This document shows positions 47,046 through 57,100 of a stretch of 64,000 nt of DNA, piece by piece. This stretch comes from Chrysiogenia bacterium. GTDB lineage: Bacteria > Acidobacteriota > Aminicenantia > UBA2199. The stretch covers positions 15,606 through 79,605 of the forward strand of contig JBDRQC010000008.1 in assembly GCA_043826505.1 (NCBI GenBank). Reading direction: 5' to 3'. The notes under the pieces are model-generated. The model ran no database searches. It worked only from the letters and a program-made list of their open reading frames with translations, and was not told the origin of the DNA. The number at the start of each line of letters is the position of its first letter. Position 1 is the stretch's first letter. The position numbers and the translations under genes are program-made.

Positions 47046-47077
47046 TATGGAGAAAAACAATCAGGAAATTCCTGATT
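47046..47077 (-). terminator. Putative intrinsic terminator downstream of the AdoMetDC-like gene
   Basis: Perfect 9-nt inverted repeat AATCAGGAA/TTCCTGATT (47059-47077), followed on the minus strand by GTTTTTCTCC. Confidence 0.45.
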
Positions 47078-47128
47078 CGCGGTTGCGGCGTGTTCCTTGA
47101 TTTTTTTCAGGCGCCGCGCTCCCAAAAC

Positions 47129-48352
47129 TTACTTTTTTTCGATGTTAAGGTGGAAAAAAGTCCTGCCAAAATATTCGTCGTAGAAGGAAATGAATTCATC
47201 GTAAGAATATCCCAAACCTATAAGGCGCTTGCGAATGAACTTTTGATGGAGGTTGCGGCTGCGGGTGATGTTGCGCGAAGAGACCCGGTAATGGATCTCG
47301 GCCCGTTCGGGCTGGAACAATTTCAAGATCGGCCACATGACATGCACCAATGATTCCCTTTCGAAAACCCACATACTGGGATGGATGTATGAGCAGAATT
47401 CGACAAAATTCTTTGTCTGGCCGATGGGGTTCGGGGTGACATGCAAGGCGATATAGCCGGTGCCTCCGGTCAGAAAAACACTGGTGTAACCTGCCGGGTC
47501 AAAATCGTGCTCAAAAACAAAAGGCGTGTCGGTGGAAAGCAGCACATCATCAAAACAGTCTTCCAGAAGGTAGAGGGCTTCATCCTCGCGTACACGGGGA
47601 TTGCACAGGGAATTGACGAATTTCTGATCACAATCGTAGAAGGCGCAGGCCAGGTATTCTTCCTGTTGCGAATTGACCATCAGTTTCAGCTTGCGGTCAA
47701 TGCGCGACAGTTTCAGCGAATGCTGGGAATATCTCCTGATAACATCCTCGCGCAGCTGCTCGACCATGTTGGCCAGGTCCTTGCGGTAGAGATTGGCAAT
47801 GAACATCTTGCCCTCGGGAATTTCGATGGGAGCCTGAATGTCGATGATATAGCGCGAATAACAGTCAACGGGGACCGTGAAGCATTGCTTGTGCAGCGAT
47901 TCGCGGTCGGAAATTTTTAAATCCTTGAGCAAGGGAGTCGGAGCGAAATAGATGAAAGAAACCAGTTCCGGGTAATCGCAGGCGTCCAGAAAAGTGCCGA
48001 GGACCTTGGGGCTCAGCGAATCGCCGCAGGTATTGACCTCCATGCTGGCCATTTCAAAGGATTTTTTTCCCGAAACCTGCTTTTCCCAGAAATAACTGGC
48101 ATGGGATTCCTCAATGGCCAGTGACTGCTCGACCTGGCTGATCTGGATGTCCCTTTCCTCGATGTAGCGGTCCATGACCTGGACGCGCGGCTGCATGTTG
48201 GGCTTGCCGATCAGGTTGGCGCCCGAGGCCTTGATCACCGACCATATCTCTTCGTCGTTGAGCGTGAGCAGTGAAACGCCTTCGCTGTTGTAGGCATGGA
48301 TAATGGTAGCCGTGGGAGCCGGTTCAAATGCTTCGGGAATTGTGAAAGCCAT
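47129..48352 (-). CDS. Class-2 (eukaryote-type) S-adenosylmethionine decarboxylase-fold protein, putative pyruvoyl-dependent decarboxylase
   Basis: By-eye motif matches to remembered human AMD1: IEESHASYF vs LSESSMFVS; NTCGDS vs KTCGTT; DFDPAGYT vs MFNPCGYS; ALHVTPNP...FVEF vs [22 protein letters not shown] SD. Confidence 0.6.
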   Translation of the reverse strand: MAFTIPEAFEPAPTATIIHAYNSEGVSLLTLNDEEIWSVIKASGANLIGKPNMQPRVQVMDRYIEERDIQISQVEQSLAIEESHASYFWEKQVSGKKSFEMASMEVNTCGDSLSPKVLGTFLDACDYPELVSFIYFAPTPLLKDLKISDRESLHKQCFTVPVDCYSRYIIDIQAPIEIPEGKMFIANLYRKDLANMVEQLREDVIRRYSQHSLKLSRIDRKLKLMVNSQQEEYLACAFYDCDQKFVNSLCNPRVREDEALYLLEDCFDDVLLSTDTPFVFEHDFDPAGYTSVFLTGGTGYIALHVTPNPIGQTKNFVEFCSYIHPSMWVFERESLVHVMWPILKLFQPERAEIHYRVSSRNITRSRNLHQKFIRKRLIGLGYSYDEFISFYDEYFGRTFFHLNIEKK

Positions 48353-48522
48353 GCAACCCTCCTATCCGCCCGCCAGGCATAATTTAGGCAGGCATAGACA
48401 GCGTAGAAATCCGGGAGTGAAAAAGATTTTTTGAAAACGTTTCCTGGCCAATCCGGTTATATGTTTACGCAAAATTTTCAATTGGCTCGTGTCACCTTTG
48501 TTGAAATGATTGCACCATAAGC

Positions 48523-48551
48523 AGTATAAAGGGAATAAGCAGGCATGTCAA
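48523..48551 (-). promoter_or_regulatory. Putative promoter of the AdoMetDC-like gene
   Basis: On the minus strand: TTGACA (48551-48546), 17-nt spacer, TATACT (48528-48523). This implies a leader of roughly 165 nt. Confidence 0.45.
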
Positions 48552-49118
48552 TCATCGAAAGTTTTTTTGCCACTCTTTTTTTACCTCTTCCAGCAATGGC
48601 CCCATGAAAAGGCAGAGACGGATCTCGCGGAGCAGGGCTCCCGGTTTCTGTTCGTAGAATTCTTTGACGGCGCGCAGGTAACTTTTCGCGCATAGCGGCA
48701 ACGGCACAAGGAATATTCCCGAGCTGATGGCCGGGAATGAGAGCGATTTCCAGCGCCGCTCCTCGGCCAGGTCAAAGGCCTCACGCAGAGCCTGGACGAT
48801 TTTCTTTTCCTCGTCGCCTTCGCCCATTTTCGGCCCCACGGCATGGATCACGCCCCGGAAAGGCAGGTCGCCGGCCTTGCTGACCACGGCATGACCGGAA
48901 GGGATGCGGCCGCGCTTGGAAATGATCTCCCGGCAATCAGCCAGCAGAACGCTGCCGGCGGCTTCGGCGATGACCGCCGCCACTCCCCCGCCGTGCGCCA
49001 GCATGCCGTTGGCGGCATTGACGATGCACTGCACCGGCTCATACAAGATGTCATTCACCACTACCTTGAATGTCTGTCCGCCGCTGAAAACTTTATTGAG
49101 CATGATTGTTCCCGCCAT
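48552..49118 (-). CDS. Macro domain protein (ADP-ribose binding/hydrolase family)
   Basis: IVNAANGMLAHGGGVAAVI, IHAVGP and SFPAISSGIF motifs. Confidence 0.85.
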   Translation of the reverse strand: MAGTIMLNKVFSGGQTFKVVVNDILYEPVQCIVNAANGMLAHGGGVAAVIAEAAGSVLLADCREIISKRGRIPSGHAVVSKAGDLPFRGVIHAVGPKMGEGDEEKKIVQALREAFDLAEERRWKSLSFPAISSGIFLVPLPLCAKSYLRAVKEFYEQKPGALLREIRLCLFMGPLLEEVKKEWQKNFR

Positions 49119-49191
49119 ATTTTTCCCCTGTGCCTGTCATTCTAGCAAATGAAAAATATTCATTGCAACTGTTTTACGATTTTCCTGACTT

Positions 49192-49220
49192 TTGACTTAT
49201 CAGGATTTTTTATTTAAAAT
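49192..49220 (+). promoter_or_regulatory. Putative promoter of the PHP hydrolase gene
   Basis: TTGACT (49192-49197), 17-nt spacer, TAAAAT (49215-49220). Confidence 0.45.
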
Positions 49221-49256
49221 AAACAATCTTCAAACCCCTGAACCACGGAGAAGCAG

Positions 49257-50231
49257 ATGAAAAAAATAACAATCACGATTCTTATGCTTATGACGGCATT
49301 GTGGTCGTGGAGCGCCCCGCAGACCCGCTGGGTCAAGGGCCACACCCACACCCATACCAACCAATCTGACGGCGATGAATATCCGCGGCGGGTGGCGAGC
49401 TGGTACCAGGACCACGGCTACCATTTCCTGTTCATCACCGACCACGACATGATAACCCCCACTCTGGCCCTTGACGCCGACGGCAATCGCGACGATTTCA
49501 TCGTTATTCCCGGCGATGAGATCAGCCTCACTTTCGAAAAACGCCAGGCCCATGTCTGTGCCTTGAATCCCCAGCGCCTGCCCGTGGCCCAGGCCGGGGC
49601 GAGCATGAACGAAACGCTGCAGAACGCCGTCGACGGCGCGCGTCAGGCCGGGGCCCTGCCGGTGATCAACCACCCCAACCGCAAATGGTCGATCACCGCC
49701 GAGGACATAAGGGCCCTGCGCGACGTGCATCATTTGGAAGTATTCAACCTGCAGCGCGAATCCAATAATTTCTCGGCCGGCGGCCGCATGGGCGGCGAGC
49801 AGCTCTGGGACACCCTGCTCTCCGACGGCATGGCCATTTTCGGTGTGATCAGCGAAGACGCCCATGATTTTCTGGGCGAGTTCCTTCCCGACCGCGACCA
49901 CCCGGGCAAGGGCTGGGTGGTCGCGCGCGTGGCCGAATTGACCCCGCAAGCGGTTTGTGCCGCCCTGGAAAAAGGCGATTTTTACGCTTCCACGGGCGTG
50001 GAGCTGGCCGATGTGCAAATTACGGACAAGGAGTACCGCCTGGTCATCAAGCCTTACTACGATACAGTCTATACCACGCAATTCATCGGCAAAAACGGAG
50101 CGATCCTGAAACAAGATTTCGGCCTGGAGCCAGCCTACGCCTTCAATGGGGACGAACTTTATGTCCGGGCCAAGGTTTTTTCCTCTGGAGGCGAACTGGC
50201 CTTGTGCCAGCCGGTTTTCATAAAAAAGTAA
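49257..50231 (+). CDS. Secreted PHP-domain metallohydrolase (CehA/McbA-like)
   Basis: Signal peptide followed by GHTHTHTNQSDGD and FITDHD motifs. A coextensive ORF on the opposite strand is judged a shadow. Confidence 0.75.
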   Translation: MKKITITILMLMTALWSWSAPQTRWVKGHTHTHTNQSDGDEYPRRVASWYQDHGYHFLFITDHDMITPTLALDADGNRDDFIVIPGDEISLTFEKRQAHVCALNPQRLPVAQAGASMNETLQNAVDGARQAGALPVINHPNRKWSITAEDIRALRDVHHLEVFNLQRESNNFSAGGRMGGEQLWDTLLSDGMAIFGVISEDAHDFLGEFLPDRDHPGKGWVVARVAELTPQAVCAALEKGDFYASTGVELADVQITDKEYRLVIKPYYDTVYTTQFIGKNGAILKQDFGLEPAYAFNGDELYVRAKVFSSGGELALCQPVFIKK

Positions 50232-51363
50232 CTTCAACGGCCTGTCGGGAAACTATATCCTCCATCTCGCCGAAGTGCTTTTCCATCGCTTCCAGCAGGC
50301 GAAATTGCACCCGGGCGCGCTGCAGGTTGTGCACGGGGCGGACGGTCTTAAAATACAAGTCCCCGGCCAGATAATCGCTGAGAAAACGCAGGCCGACCAT
50401 GTAAGCGAAGACCCTGGCCGCAAAAGCCAAGTGGGCGGTTTCCTCGCCGCTGAGGAGGCCGTGCAGCGCGCCCAGAAATCCCCGGGACAATTCCCTGAAA
50501 ACATCCATGCCGAGCCCCACCCGCCCCAGGTCAGCTTCGTCCTCGCACGACCTGTTGGCGGCCGAGCGGACGGCGTCGCCGAAATCGTAATGGACATAGC
50601 CGGGCATGACCGTGTCCAGGTCGATGAGGCAAAGCCCCCGGCCGGCCTTGTCGAAAAGGATATTGTTGAACTTGGTGTCGTTGTGGGTGGTGCGCATCGG
50701 GATACGCCCCAGGCGTCCCAGCATGAGGATCCGCTTCATTTCTTCGGCACGTTCCCGGACAAAGGCGATCTCCCTTGCCGCTTCGTCTGCTCGCCGCAGC
50801 GGGTCTGCTGACAGGGCTTCACTGAACTTCATTAAATAATGCTCAATATTATGAAAAGCCGGAATGGTTTCATGCAGGGATGGACCGGGCAGGTCGCTCA
50901 GCAGCTCGATGAAACGCCCGAAAAGCTTTCCCGCCTCGAATGCCTGCCCCGGACTTCTAAGCTTGTGGCTCGGCCGCTGGTGTTCGATGAAAATGTAACA
51001 GCGCCAGTAATTGCCCTCCCCGTCCAGGTGAAAGGGAAGGCCGTCGCGACCCGGAACGACAGTGAGCACTTCGCGATCGGGATCGGAACCGGGAATAACC
51101 GCGATCTTGCGGCGCAAGTGTTCGGTCACGCGCACGATATTTTCCATGAGCCGGGGCACGTCTTTGAAAATATTGGTGTTGATCCGCTGCAGGATGTAGT
51201 CGGGGCAGTCGCGCTCACTGGTTGGCAACCGGAAAGTTTCATGGATATGCCCGGAACCATATGCTTTTGCAGAAAGCGGAGTTCCCTCCAGGGCAAACCT
51301 GGAGACCAATTCTTTGAAATCAAATTTGCGGCATGTCAAGTCAGCACCTTTTTTCCCGGGCAT
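50218..51363 (-). CDS. Phosphotransferase-family kinase (APH fold; N-acetylhexosamine 1-kinase-like)
   Basis: GSGHIHETFRL and the Brenner/catalytic region THNDTKFNNILFD...LIDLD. Confidence 0.75.
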   Translation of the reverse strand: MPGKKGADLTCRKFDFKELVSRFALEGTPLSAKAYGSGHIHETFRLPTSERDCPDYILQRINTNIFKDVPRLMENIVRVTEHLRRKIAVIPGSDPDREVLTVVPGRDGLPFHLDGEGNYWRCYIFIEHQRPSHKLRSPGQAFEAGKLFGRFIELLSDLPGPSLHETIPAFHNIEHYLMKFSEALSADPLRRADEAAREIAFVRERAEEMKRILMLGRLGRIPMRTTHNDTKFNNILFDKAGRGLCLIDLDTVMPGYVHYDFGDAVRSAANRSCEDEADLGRVGLGMDVFRELSRGFLGALHGLLSGEETAHLAFAARVFAYMVGLRFLSDYLAGDLYFKTVRPVHNLQRARVQFRLLEAMEKHFGEMEDIVSRQAVEVTFL

Positions 51364-51459
51364 GGCACTGCAGATTATATGCCTTCGCCATTAAATTGCA
51401 ATCGGGCCCGCGACACCCGAAAAATACTTTTACCCGGAAATATCCAGGCGTCGAAATGA

Positions 51460-51488
51460 TTGACAAAAGGTCGAATTTGTGGTACTTT
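51460..51488 (+). promoter_or_regulatory. Putative tRNA-Lys promoter
   Basis: TTGACA (51460-51465), 17-nt spacer, TACTTT (51483-51488), 11 nt before the mature tRNA 5' end. Confidence 0.45.
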
Positions 51489-51499
51489 TCTGCCTTAAT

Positions 51500-51572
51500 G
51501 GCCCCTTAGCTCAATTGGCAGAGCAATTGACTCTTAATCAATAGGTTGATGGTTCGATTCCATCAGGGGTCA
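51500..51572 (+). tRNA. tRNA-Lys (anticodon CUU)
   Basis: Hand-folded: acceptor GGCCCCT/AGGGGTC, D arm GCTC-AATTGGCA-GAGC, anticodon stem ATTGA/TCAAT with loop CTCTTAA, and T arm GATGG-TTCGATT-CCATC. Confidence 0.9.
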
Positions 51573-51668
51573 TTTTGTTTCCCCTCAAAATAAAATCTCC
51601 AGCACTATTGAAATAATCTTCCATTTTCACTTAATATAGAACTTCCAAATTCGGCAGCGGAGGTTTTT

Positions 51669-54044
51669 ATGAATTTCATGAAACAAATCAGATACGGCCA
51701 GCATATCGGATTCACCATTTGTGCTACACTATTGATGCTGGCGCTGCCACTTGCGGCCAATGTCCAGAAGCAGATCACCAATTCGGATCCGGAACTGCGA
51801 CTGAAGGGTTACGAAAAGCAGCTTGAGATGAAAAAAAACAGCCCCTACAAGGATATGAAATGGCAGTTCCTGGGACCGGTGAACGTCAGCGGCCGCTGCA
51901 CCGACGTGGCCGTGGTCGCCCCCAAGGGCAAGAACTACACCATTTACGCGGCCACGGCTTCGGCCGGCTTATGGCGCACCGTGAACGAGGGCACGACCTG
52001 GGAGCCGATCTTTGCAAACGGCCCCTCGGTCGCCATCGGCGACGTGGCCCTGGCTCCTAGTGATGCCAATATCATCTGGATCGGCAGCGGCGAAGCCAAT
52101 ATTTTTCGCAGTTCCCAGGCGGGCTGCGGCGTCTATAAGTCGCTTGACGGCGGCAAGACCTGGCTGCACATGGGTTTGACCGATACATACACCATTCCGC
52201 GCATCATTATCCATCCCAAAGATCCCAACATCGTGTACGTGGCCGCATCGGGCCACGAGTGGACGCGAAACAGCGAACGCGGCGTCTACAAGACGGTAGA
52301 CGGCGGCAAAACCTGGCAAAAAATTCTCTTTATTGATAACGAAACCGGCGCCATTGACCTGGCCATGGACCCCAGCGACAGCGAGACCCTTTACACGGCC
52401 GTCTGGCAGCGCACGCGCCAGAAATGGAACGACCCGCGCAACGGACCCGCAAGCGGCAAGAGCGGCATCTACCGCAGCAAAGACGGAGGAAAAAACTGGC
52501 AACCCATCAACCAGGGTCTGCCCGCGGCCAGGTTTCGTGGCCGCATCGGCCTGGATGTCTCACTTTCCAAACCGAACATCCTTTATGCCCTGGTCGATAA
52601 TTATGAAATCTCCCGCCAGCCCACGGCCGAAGATCTGCAAAATCCTTATGGCGTCCCCTCCTGCGGCTTCATCAAGGGCGCCACGGTCTACCGCTCCGAT
52701 GATCGTGGCGCTTCCTGGAGCCAGGTCAGCGGCCAGACCCCGAAGATGAAAAAATTCATGGAACGCCACTCCAATACCTACGGCTGGGTCTTCGGCCAGA
52801 TCCGCGTCGATCCCGGCGATGCCGAGACGGTTTACATCCTGGGCGTGCCGCTCAGCGTATCCAACGACGGCGGCATGACCTTCCGCCACCTCGAAGGCAT
52901 GCATGCCGACCACCACGGGCTGTGGATCGACCCGGCCAATCCCGATTACCTGGTCAATGCCAATGACGGCGGCATGGCCGTTTCCTATGACCGCGGCAGG
53001 AACTGGCGCTGCTTCACCGACAACCTGCCCGTTTGCCAGTTCTTTAACGTCAACTTCGACATGGCCAATCCCTTTCATGTATTCGGCTCCATGCAGGATC
53101 ACGGCAGCTTTCGCGGTACTGTCGATCTCAGCCGTGGCCGTGACCGCATCCCGGCCGTGGCCTTTGAATACACTCCCGGGGGCGAAGGATCCAACCACGC
53201 CATCGATCCCCGCGACCCCAACCTGGTCTACTCGGCCGGCTTCTACGGCATGCTCAGTCGCAGCGACATCAGCCGCCCCGACTGGGGGCCGGAAAAGTGG
53301 ATCGTGCCCACCACCTATGAGAACGAACCGCGCCTGCGCGGCCAGTGGCTGGCCCCGTTCATCCTTTCCAGCCACAATCCCGACATCATCTACCACGGCA
53401 TGCAGTACCTGTTCCGCTCCCTCGACCGCGGCGATACCTGGGAAAAGATCAGCCCCGACCTTACCTATAACAACAAATCCGCAAGGGGCGACATCCCCTA
53501 TCAGACCCTGTTCAGCATCTCTGACTCACCACTGAAGTACGGACTGATCTATGCCGGCACGGACGACGGCCGCGTGCATATCACCCGCGACAGCGGCAAA
53601 ACCTGGCTGGAGATCAGCTCCGGGCTGCCCGCAGGGAAATGGGTATCGCGCCTGGTGGCCTCGCGTTACAAGCTGGGCACGGTCTATATGACCCAGAACG
53701 GCAAGCGGGACGACGACTTCACACCCTACGTATGGAGATCGGACAATTTTGGCAAAACATGGCAGAATATCAGCAGCGGCATTCCGCTCGGTCCGGTCAA
53801 TGTCATCCGCGAGGACGTCCGCGACCCCGATACCCTTTACCTGGGAACCGACAGCGCCGTCCTCATCAGCCGCGACCGCGGCCAAAGCTGGCACATGCTG
53901 GGCGGCAACCTGCCGGCGCTGTACGTCCATGACCTGGTCATTCACCCCCGGGACAACATCATCGTCATCGCCACCCACGGCCGCGGCATGTGGGCTCTGG
54001 ATGCCGATCCGTTAAGCAAAAAGAAGCCCGAAATCGTGGAGTGA
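51669..54044 (+). CDS. Secreted BNR/Asp-box repeat protein (sortilin/VPS10-like beta-propeller)
   Basis: Signal peptide and at least 7 Asp-boxes (SLDGGKTW, TVDGGKTW, SKDGGKNW, SDDRGASW, TRDSGKTW, SDNFGKTW, SRDRGQSW). Confidence 0.8.
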   Translation: MNFMKQIRYGQHIGFTICATLLMLALPLAANVQKQITNSDPELRLKGYEKQLEMKKNSPYKDMKWQFLGPVNVSGRCTDVAVVAPKGKNYTIYAATASAGLWRTVNEGTTWEPIFANGPSVAIGDVALAPSDANIIWIGSGEANIFRSSQAGCGVYKSLDGGKTWLHMGLTDTYTIPRIIIHPKDPNIVYVAASGHEWTRNSERGVYKTVDGGKTWQKILFIDNETGAIDLAMDPSDSETLYTAVWQRTRQKWNDPRNGPASGKSGIYRSKDGGKNWQPINQGLPAARFRGRIGLDVSLSKPNILYALVDNYEISRQPTAEDLQNPYGVPSCGFIKGATVYRSDDRGASWSQVSGQTPKMKKFMERHSNTYGWVFGQIRVDPGDAETVYILGVPLSVSNDGGMTFRHLEGMHADHHGLWIDPANPDYLVNANDGGMAVSYDRGRNWRCFTDNLPVCQFFNVNFDMANPFHVFGSMQDHGSFRGTVDLSRGRDRIPAVAFEYTPGGEGSNHAIDPRDPNLVYSAGFYGMLSRSDISRPDWGPEKWIVPTTYENEPRLRGQWLAPFILSSHNPDIIYHGMQYLFRSLDRGDTWEKISPDLTYNNKSARGDIPYQTLFSISDSPLKYGLIYAGTDDGRVHITRDSGKTWLEISSGLPAGKWVSRLVASRYKLGTVYMTQNGKRDDDFTPYVWRSDNFGKTWQNISSGIPLGPVNVIREDVRDPDTLYLGTDSAVLISRDRGQSWHMLGGNLPALYVHDLVIHPRDNIIVIATHGRGMWALDADPLSKKKPEIVE

Positions 54045-54064
54045 CTGCGCCGGCAGTTTTTTTT
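54044..54064 (+). terminator. Putative intrinsic terminator after the BNR-repeat gene
   Basis: ACTGC-GCCG-GCAGT hairpin overlapping the stop codon, followed by T8. Confidence 0.4.
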
Positions 54065-54182
54065 CAAAGCCGAAATGTCCTGGATACTGGAAAGCAATGA
54101 AGCGATGAACCGGGTCCTGCGCCACATCAACGCCCATATAACCAAAACCTATGCCATGTTTGAGAAAAATCTCTGAAACAAT

Positions 54183-57100
54183 ATGAAAAAACAAATCTAT
54201 TTCCTTCTCCTTGCTTTTAGCCTGACGTTGTTTGCATTCGGTGAAATGGTCTTAGTTCCCGGTGAAGTCAATTCGCTTTGCTACTACGATAATTTTTTCT
54301 ACAACCTGCCGGAACACGATTTCCTGTTTTATTTCAATGATGCCTTGCAGTATGCCGAGCCACCCGATGACAGCGTTTATAACGGCGGCAGGCGCGACAA
54401 GTATTTGAAATTGGCCGAGCGCCACCGCCAGGTCAAGGAATTTGTCGATGCCTTCGGAAATAAGCAGAACTTTACCCTTTCCCTGAGCCTTAATAATGAA
54501 CAGGGCTTTGATCAGGCGGTGAAATTCATGGATCTGCTCGGACTCAAGCTGAAAAAAGCATCTTCCGGCAGCCTGGAAATCAAGCCCCCGGGCGATGAGG
54601 CTCAGACCAATTACTACCTGTTCTGCCGCCTGAAGGCTTCTTCATTGGAAAAGCAATTGAACCAGACCGGGAAGTTTTTTTTCAAGCTGCCGGAAACCGC
54701 CGTGCCCATGCCTTGGGATTACGGCTTCCTCAGTGCCATCAGCGGCTTGGATATCAACGCAGATAATTTTTTCGAGCATTTGATCGCCAACAAGCGGTTT
54801 TCCTTCTTACTGTCCATCCTTTTCCGTTTATCCAAAAAGGAAGTCGATTTCATTGATCGGACACTGCCCAAGGCTCCCGTTTCAGCCTGGAAGAGCATCT
54901 ACCAGGATCGAAAATTGCTGATGGGCATGCTGGTGCTCAGCAAGGCCCTGCGCGTGCGCGATGGGCGACTTTTCATTCCCGGCGGCGACCAAGCAAGGAA
55001 ATTCTGGTCGGCACTGGTCGGCATCGATCCCGATCGCGCCCCCTTTGATTTTTTGACGCGGTTGAGCGGCATGGACCATGGCAAGATGAATTACCTCTAT
55101 GTTTTTTCGTATTTTCTTCCTGAGGAAACCCGCCGGGTCATGTTTTTCGATTATAACCAGACCAAGGTCCGCCGCCTTTACCAGAAGATATCCCTGGGTG
55201 CAAACGAAAGGATCAAGGCGAATTCATTCCCGCGCCTGGAAAATTTCACCTATTATTCTCTCATGCATGTTCTGAAAATCAAGGACGGCCGCATCGACCT
55301 GTCCCCGGGGTTGAAGTCCTGGTCGCAGGCCATGGACCTGGAATTGCCCGCCGCCGCAGATGAATGCGATTTCCTGGAAAGCCTGCTTGCCGCAGCGGCC
55401 AACAATGGAAAGAAAATAAGCCTGCTGCAAAAGTTCATGAGTGTTTACAGCAAATTTTCCGGCCGCCAGCTGATTTTCAACCAGAATTTTCTAAGCAAGG
55501 TATTCGCGGAATTCGAAAGCAAAAGCACACTATTGGATTTTGTGGAAAAAATCCCTTTAAAGGAAAGTGCAAGCGTCGATGCCCTTTTTGCCTGGCAGGA
55601 AAGCCTGCAGAAACTGAACTCCAAGGAGCGCCCACTTTTTTCGGCACTGGGTCAATCTTTGCTGGAAACCATTGCCCGGGCTGCCGGCTTTTCCGCCAAC
55701 CAGGGCGATTTTGACAAAGTAACCCGTGAATTGCTGGAAATTCCCCTGCAGCGTCCCGCTTTTTATGACGGAATATTCGCCTTCATAAAAAATCAATGCC
55801 GGCAGCGCTCATTCACTCAAGTTTCCCGGGAATCGCTTTTCGATTTTCTTTTGGCGGGATTGAAAAACCAGGTCGTGGACATCCGCGGCGAGCGCTTTGA
55901 GTGGCGGGTCCGGGAAATGGCTGCTGCCGAGCTTGGCGAGATCCTGAACAGCCAGGAGTTATGCTCCCTGTCCGCGTTAAGCGATATCAATGCCATGCTG
56001 AGTGAGCTGGCCGAAGATCCGGACCGTTTCAGCTCCCAATCAGGCCGCCGCCTGCTCGATGCATTCGAGCAGCTTCCCTACCCCGCTTTCAGCAAGGCTG
56101 CCCCTAAAAACATCAGGGAACGGGTCATTGCTTATGACAAGTCCGACCTGGGACGGGACGTACAGGCCCTGCTGAAGAAAATCGCCAGGAAAGCGGACCG
56201 AGCTGAAATAAAAAAGGCCATCGACGAGTTGAAGGGCAACTACCTGCTGCCGAATCTAAAAGATTTTTTCCTGTCCCTTGCCTATGCCCTCAATGCCGGG
56301 AATCCGAAGTTGCGCATTTTCATGAATCCCAACATCGCCCGCCTGCACGATTTCTCGGAGAACGGCGGCACACCCTGGAGCCACAACAGTTCTCCGGGCA
56401 ACAAGGCGGATTTTTCAGGATATTATTTGCAGGGTGGATTGTCGCGTTTGCATCTTACTTTCTCCCTCAATTGGCGCAACCAGTTATTTGAAAAAAGCAT
56501 CTACAATGCCGAGCAGAACATGGGCATGCTCTACAACATCATGGCCCTGCTGCCCCAGCCCCAAGCCAGCCTGAGCGCTGCTTTTGATGCCCTGCTGGTC
56601 GAATTTGCCGTGGAATTGCTGCAGCAGTGCCCCGGCGACGAGGAACTGAAAATTGCCGTCGGTGATGCATTCATGACGCAGACCTGCGGTTACCACTACC
56701 GGCGGCTGAACGATTTTTTGTCGGGCCACAGCGCCGACTATTACTTGTTCATGAGCGAACTGCGGAAAATCGGTCTCTATTTGTTCAATGGTGAATTTCA
56801 GCCTGACAAGTTTTCAAAGAGCGCTGAATTGGGCAGATATGCCCGGTTGCCGCTTCGGGCCGCCATTGAAAATGAAAGCGACCTTTGGGGCAATATCCAT
56901 TATTCCTTCTCCGGCAGCCTTTCTCCCAGGGCCGATGCCCTGCTCCCTCAGGAGGTCGCCCTGTTGTTCGCTTCGGGCTGGACGGCCGGTGAACTGATCA
57001 ATGAATACAGGATCAAGACAGCCTACCTGGCAAATAAAAATGATCTGCCGACCTGCCTGCTCGGACAATTCGTGTTCGATTACATCAATACGGTCTGTAA

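Noticed and set aside
49230-50237. 335-aa minus-strand ORF almost exactly coextensive with the 324-aa plus-strand ORF. It looked like a possible mirror or overlapping gene pair.
   Set aside because: The plus-strand product has a signal peptide and PHP-domain motifs (GHTHTHTNQSDGD, FITDHD). The minus-strand product is low-complexity G/A/R/V-rich without motifs or an SD, so it is judged a shadow ORF.
52560-53535. 278-aa antisense ORF and 210-aa alternative-frame ORF within the BNR-repeat gene.
   Set aside because: The annotated frame carries at least 7 Asp-box repeats. The alternative frames are Pro/Ala/Arg/Thr-rich and low in complexity.
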